DNA from: Syntrophales bacterium
GTDB lineage: Bacteria; Desulfobacterota; Syntrophia; Syntrophales; UBA2210
Length of the DNA stretch: 64,000 bases
Assembly (NCBI GenBank): GCA_963662405.2
Contig: CAXXKT010000002.1
Coordinates: 256,001 to 320,000, forward strand
Direction of reading: 5' to 3'
Part shown: positions 61,822-64,000 of the stretch, one piece after another
Layout of the letters: each line of letters begins with the position of its first letter
Numbering within the stretch: position 1 is the first letter of the stretch
Position numbers and translations under genes: made by a program
Notes under the pieces: model-generated
What the model was told of the DNA's origin: nothing
What the model saw: the letters and a program-made list of their open reading frames with translations, nothing else
The model's database searches: none

Positions 61822-63279
61822 ATGATTACCCATCTTCAGAAGAACATCCTCAAGGTAGTTGCTGTCTGCACTGTTCTTATCTATCTCCACGGGTCCGCAG
61901 GGGTCTCCCTCGCCTCTTTTACGATACAGGATGAGAAAAAGCTCGGGAAAGAGTTCTACGAGAAGCTACGAGACAAGGATGTACTCATAACAGATCCCAA
62001 GGTAACCGATTACATCGATCGCATAGGGAAACTGTTGCTCGCGCACATTGATCAATCATTCTTCGATTACACCTTTTCTATTATCGACAGCCCGGCAATC
62101 AACGCCTTCGCGACCCCAGGTGGTTACATCTACGTCTATCGGGGACTCATCGGACTGACCGAAGAAGAATCTCAGCTAGCCGGTGTATTGGCGCATGAAA
62201 TAGGACACATCAAGGCCCGACACATAGCGCAGATGATCGAAAACTCGCAGAAAATGGGTTTGGCAACACTCGCGGCGGTTCTCGCGAGCGCGTTTCTGGG
62301 CGGTGGAGATCTCACCGCCGCAGTCGTCGGCTTTTCCTCGGCAACGGCAACAACCCTGAGTCTGAAATACAGTAGAGAGCATGAAGAAGAGGCGGACCGC
62401 CTTGGTATGCTCTATATGACCAAAAGCGGATATGACGGAGAGGGTATGTTGGATTTTCTGAAAATGATGCGACAGTATGAGTTCTATTCAAACTCCGTTC
62501 CATCATATTTTCTGACCCACCCGGGAACAACAGATCGGATCCGGTATCTGGATGGCCTGCTCCAGACAAAATACAGAGACAGGGGTTCAAAGAACATCAT
62601 AGGAAAACTCGAACGTATCAAGACCTCCTTGATCATCAATTACGATGATCCCGATTCAAGTCTCAAGTATTTCCAAAATCTCCTGCGAAAAGATCCCAAC
62701 AATCCCCATGCGCTGTACGGCATGGCTGTCGTCCAGGAACGACTCGGGATGATCTCGGATTCGTTCTCAAATTTCCAGAAGGCCTTGTCGCTCTCTCCCG
62801 ATGATCCCGACATTCTCCGCGATCTGGGTATTGCCTACTTCCATCTCGGCAAGATGGTGGATGCGGCGGATTCCCTGCGAAAAGCCCACGCCGCGGACAG
62901 GGACGACATCGATGCCGCCCTGTACCTGGGAAAGGCATACGTCAATACAGGAGAGTCTGGTTCCGCCCTTGAAATCTACAAAGAATGCCTGGAGAAAAAT
63001 CAGGACGACATCCCGATCCACCACCCCCTGGCAATGCTCTACGGAAAACTCGGCATGAAAGGGGAATCCCACTATCACTTCGGGATCTATTTCAAGAAGG
63101 AGGGCAAGTTCAAAAGCGCGCTCTTCCATTTCAAGGCAGCGTCTCCCTTCTTCCCGCTCGGCAGCGAAATGAGCGATAAGATAAGGGAAGAAATACGGTC
63201 CATAGAAGAAAAGGACTTCTCGAAGAAACAGCATTCTCCTGACGGCAAAACCACGCAACAAAAAAACGGCTTACCGTAA
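61822..63279 (+). CDS. M48 metalloprotease with TPR repeats (BepA-like)
   Basis: INAFATPGG, HEIGH, EEEAD, THP, TPR C-terminus. Confidence 0.92.
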   Translation: MITHLQKNILKVVAVCTVLIYLHGSAGVSLASFTIQDEKKLGKEFYEKLRDKDVLITDPKVTDYIDRIGKLLLAHIDQSFFDYTFSIIDSPAINAFATPGGYIYVYRGLIGLTEEESQLAGVLAHEIGHIKARHIAQMIENSQKMGLATLAAVLASAFLGGGDLTAAVVGFSSATATTLSLKYSREHEEEADRLGMLYMTKSGYDGEGMLDFLKMMRQYEFYSNSVPSYFLTHPGTTDRIRYLDGLLQTKYRDRGSKNIIGKLERIKTSLIINYDDPDSSLKYFQNLLRKDPNNPHALYGMAVVQERLGMISDSFSNFQKALSLSPDDPDILRDLGIAYFHLGKMVDAADSLRKAHAADRDDIDAALYLGKAYVNTGESGSALEIYKECLEKNQDDIPIHHPLAMLYGKLGMKGESHYHFGIYFKKEGKFKSALFHFKAASPFFPLGSEMSDKIREEIRSIEEKDFSKKQHSPDGKTTQQKNGLP

Positions 63280-63371
63280 GCAAAGGCATGTACCGGTAAT
63301 ATCGTATGCATTGACATTTCCCCGGTATGTGCTATCTTCCCCGGACATCTCAGACTTCAAAGGGGACAATA

Positions 63372-64000
63372 ATGAATATCACAATAAGCACAGATCGTCT
63401 CGCAGAACTCGACTGTGAAGCATTGGTCGTAGGACATTACGAAGGGGAACAAATGCCGGCGGGGGGAGCCCGCGCCCTCGACGAATCGTGCAATGGCATC
63501 ATGAGCGAACTGATCGGCACGGGGGATTTCGAGGGAAAGCTGTACACCTCTTCGGTCATCTATCCCAGGGGGATCATCCCCGCTAAGAGAATCGTGCTTG
63601 CGGGACTCGGAAAGCGGGAAGAATGTAATCTAGAGAGGGTACGCGGGACATTCTCAAAGGCGGTTCAGACGATGCGGGATATGGGGGTCACACAGATCGC
63701 CACGTCTCTCGATTTCGGCGAAAGGGATTGTGCCGCCGGAGATATCGCACGGGCGGTCATCGAGGGTATTCTCCTCGGCCTGTACCGTTTTACGTCGTAC
63801 AAGACCCGCGAAGAGGGCTCAAAGGGGGAAATAACCGAGATCATTATTGCCGAAGAACGAGCGGATCTGCTGGAAGAGATACGGAAGGGGGCACAAACGG
63901 CTGAGATCATCTCACGAGCGGTCTACCATGCGCGTGATTTGGTCACCACACCATCCAACGACATGACACCCGCCATCCTGGCGAACAGGGCCGAGGTGAT
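63372..64000 (+). CDS. pepA: leucyl aminopeptidase (M17), runs off window end
   Basis: Manual translation MNITISTDRLAELDCEALVVG...GDFEGK...RIVLAGLGK...ARDLVTTPSNDMTP. Confidence 0.88.
   Translation, partial: MNITISTDRLAELDCEALVVGHYEGEQMPAGGARALDESCNGIMSELIGTGDFEGKLYTSSVIYPRGIIPAKRIVLAGLGKREECNLERVRGTFSKAVQTMRDMGVTQIATSLDFGERDCAAGDIARAVIEGILLGLYRFTSYKTREEGSKGEITEIIIAEERADLLEEIRKGAQTAEIISRAVYHARDLVTTPSNDMTPAILANRAEV

Overview
Core chromosome of an anaerobic deltaproteobacterium (Syntrophales/Desulfobacterota-like, inferred from gene order and proteins). It carries rpsB-tsf-pyrH-frr-uppS-cdsA-dxr-rseP-tsaB, argJ-secA, a two-subunit biotin carboxylase, pcm-yqaA-nlpD, polyamine genes, lptFG, ahcY-metK, panCD, sppA-rpsA and pepA. 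Three accessory pieces stand out. (1) An AT-richer 8,048-bp element (27130-35181) has integrated into yjbQ and split it exactly at a CAAA core. It encodes a large serine recombinase whose gene spans the right junction, so excision would swap its C-terminal tail and supply a terminator. It also carries a small resolvase, an unlisted ribbon-helix-helix gene, four ORFans and an HNH gene packaged as an orphan integron cassette. Its centrepiece is a minimal 418-aa PolA/T7-RNAP-superfamily polymerase flanked by a G-U-rich four-hairpin RNA-like structure, direct repeats and an iteron-like tract. (2) An operon encodes a MinD-like ATPase, an ECF S-component-HAMP fusion, a Zn-dehydrogenase and a large SAH-hydrolase-fold protein. 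(3) An integrase-less 2.3-kb islet at tRNA-fMet carries a secreted carboxylesterase. All protein calls are from motif recognition by eye; no searches were run.
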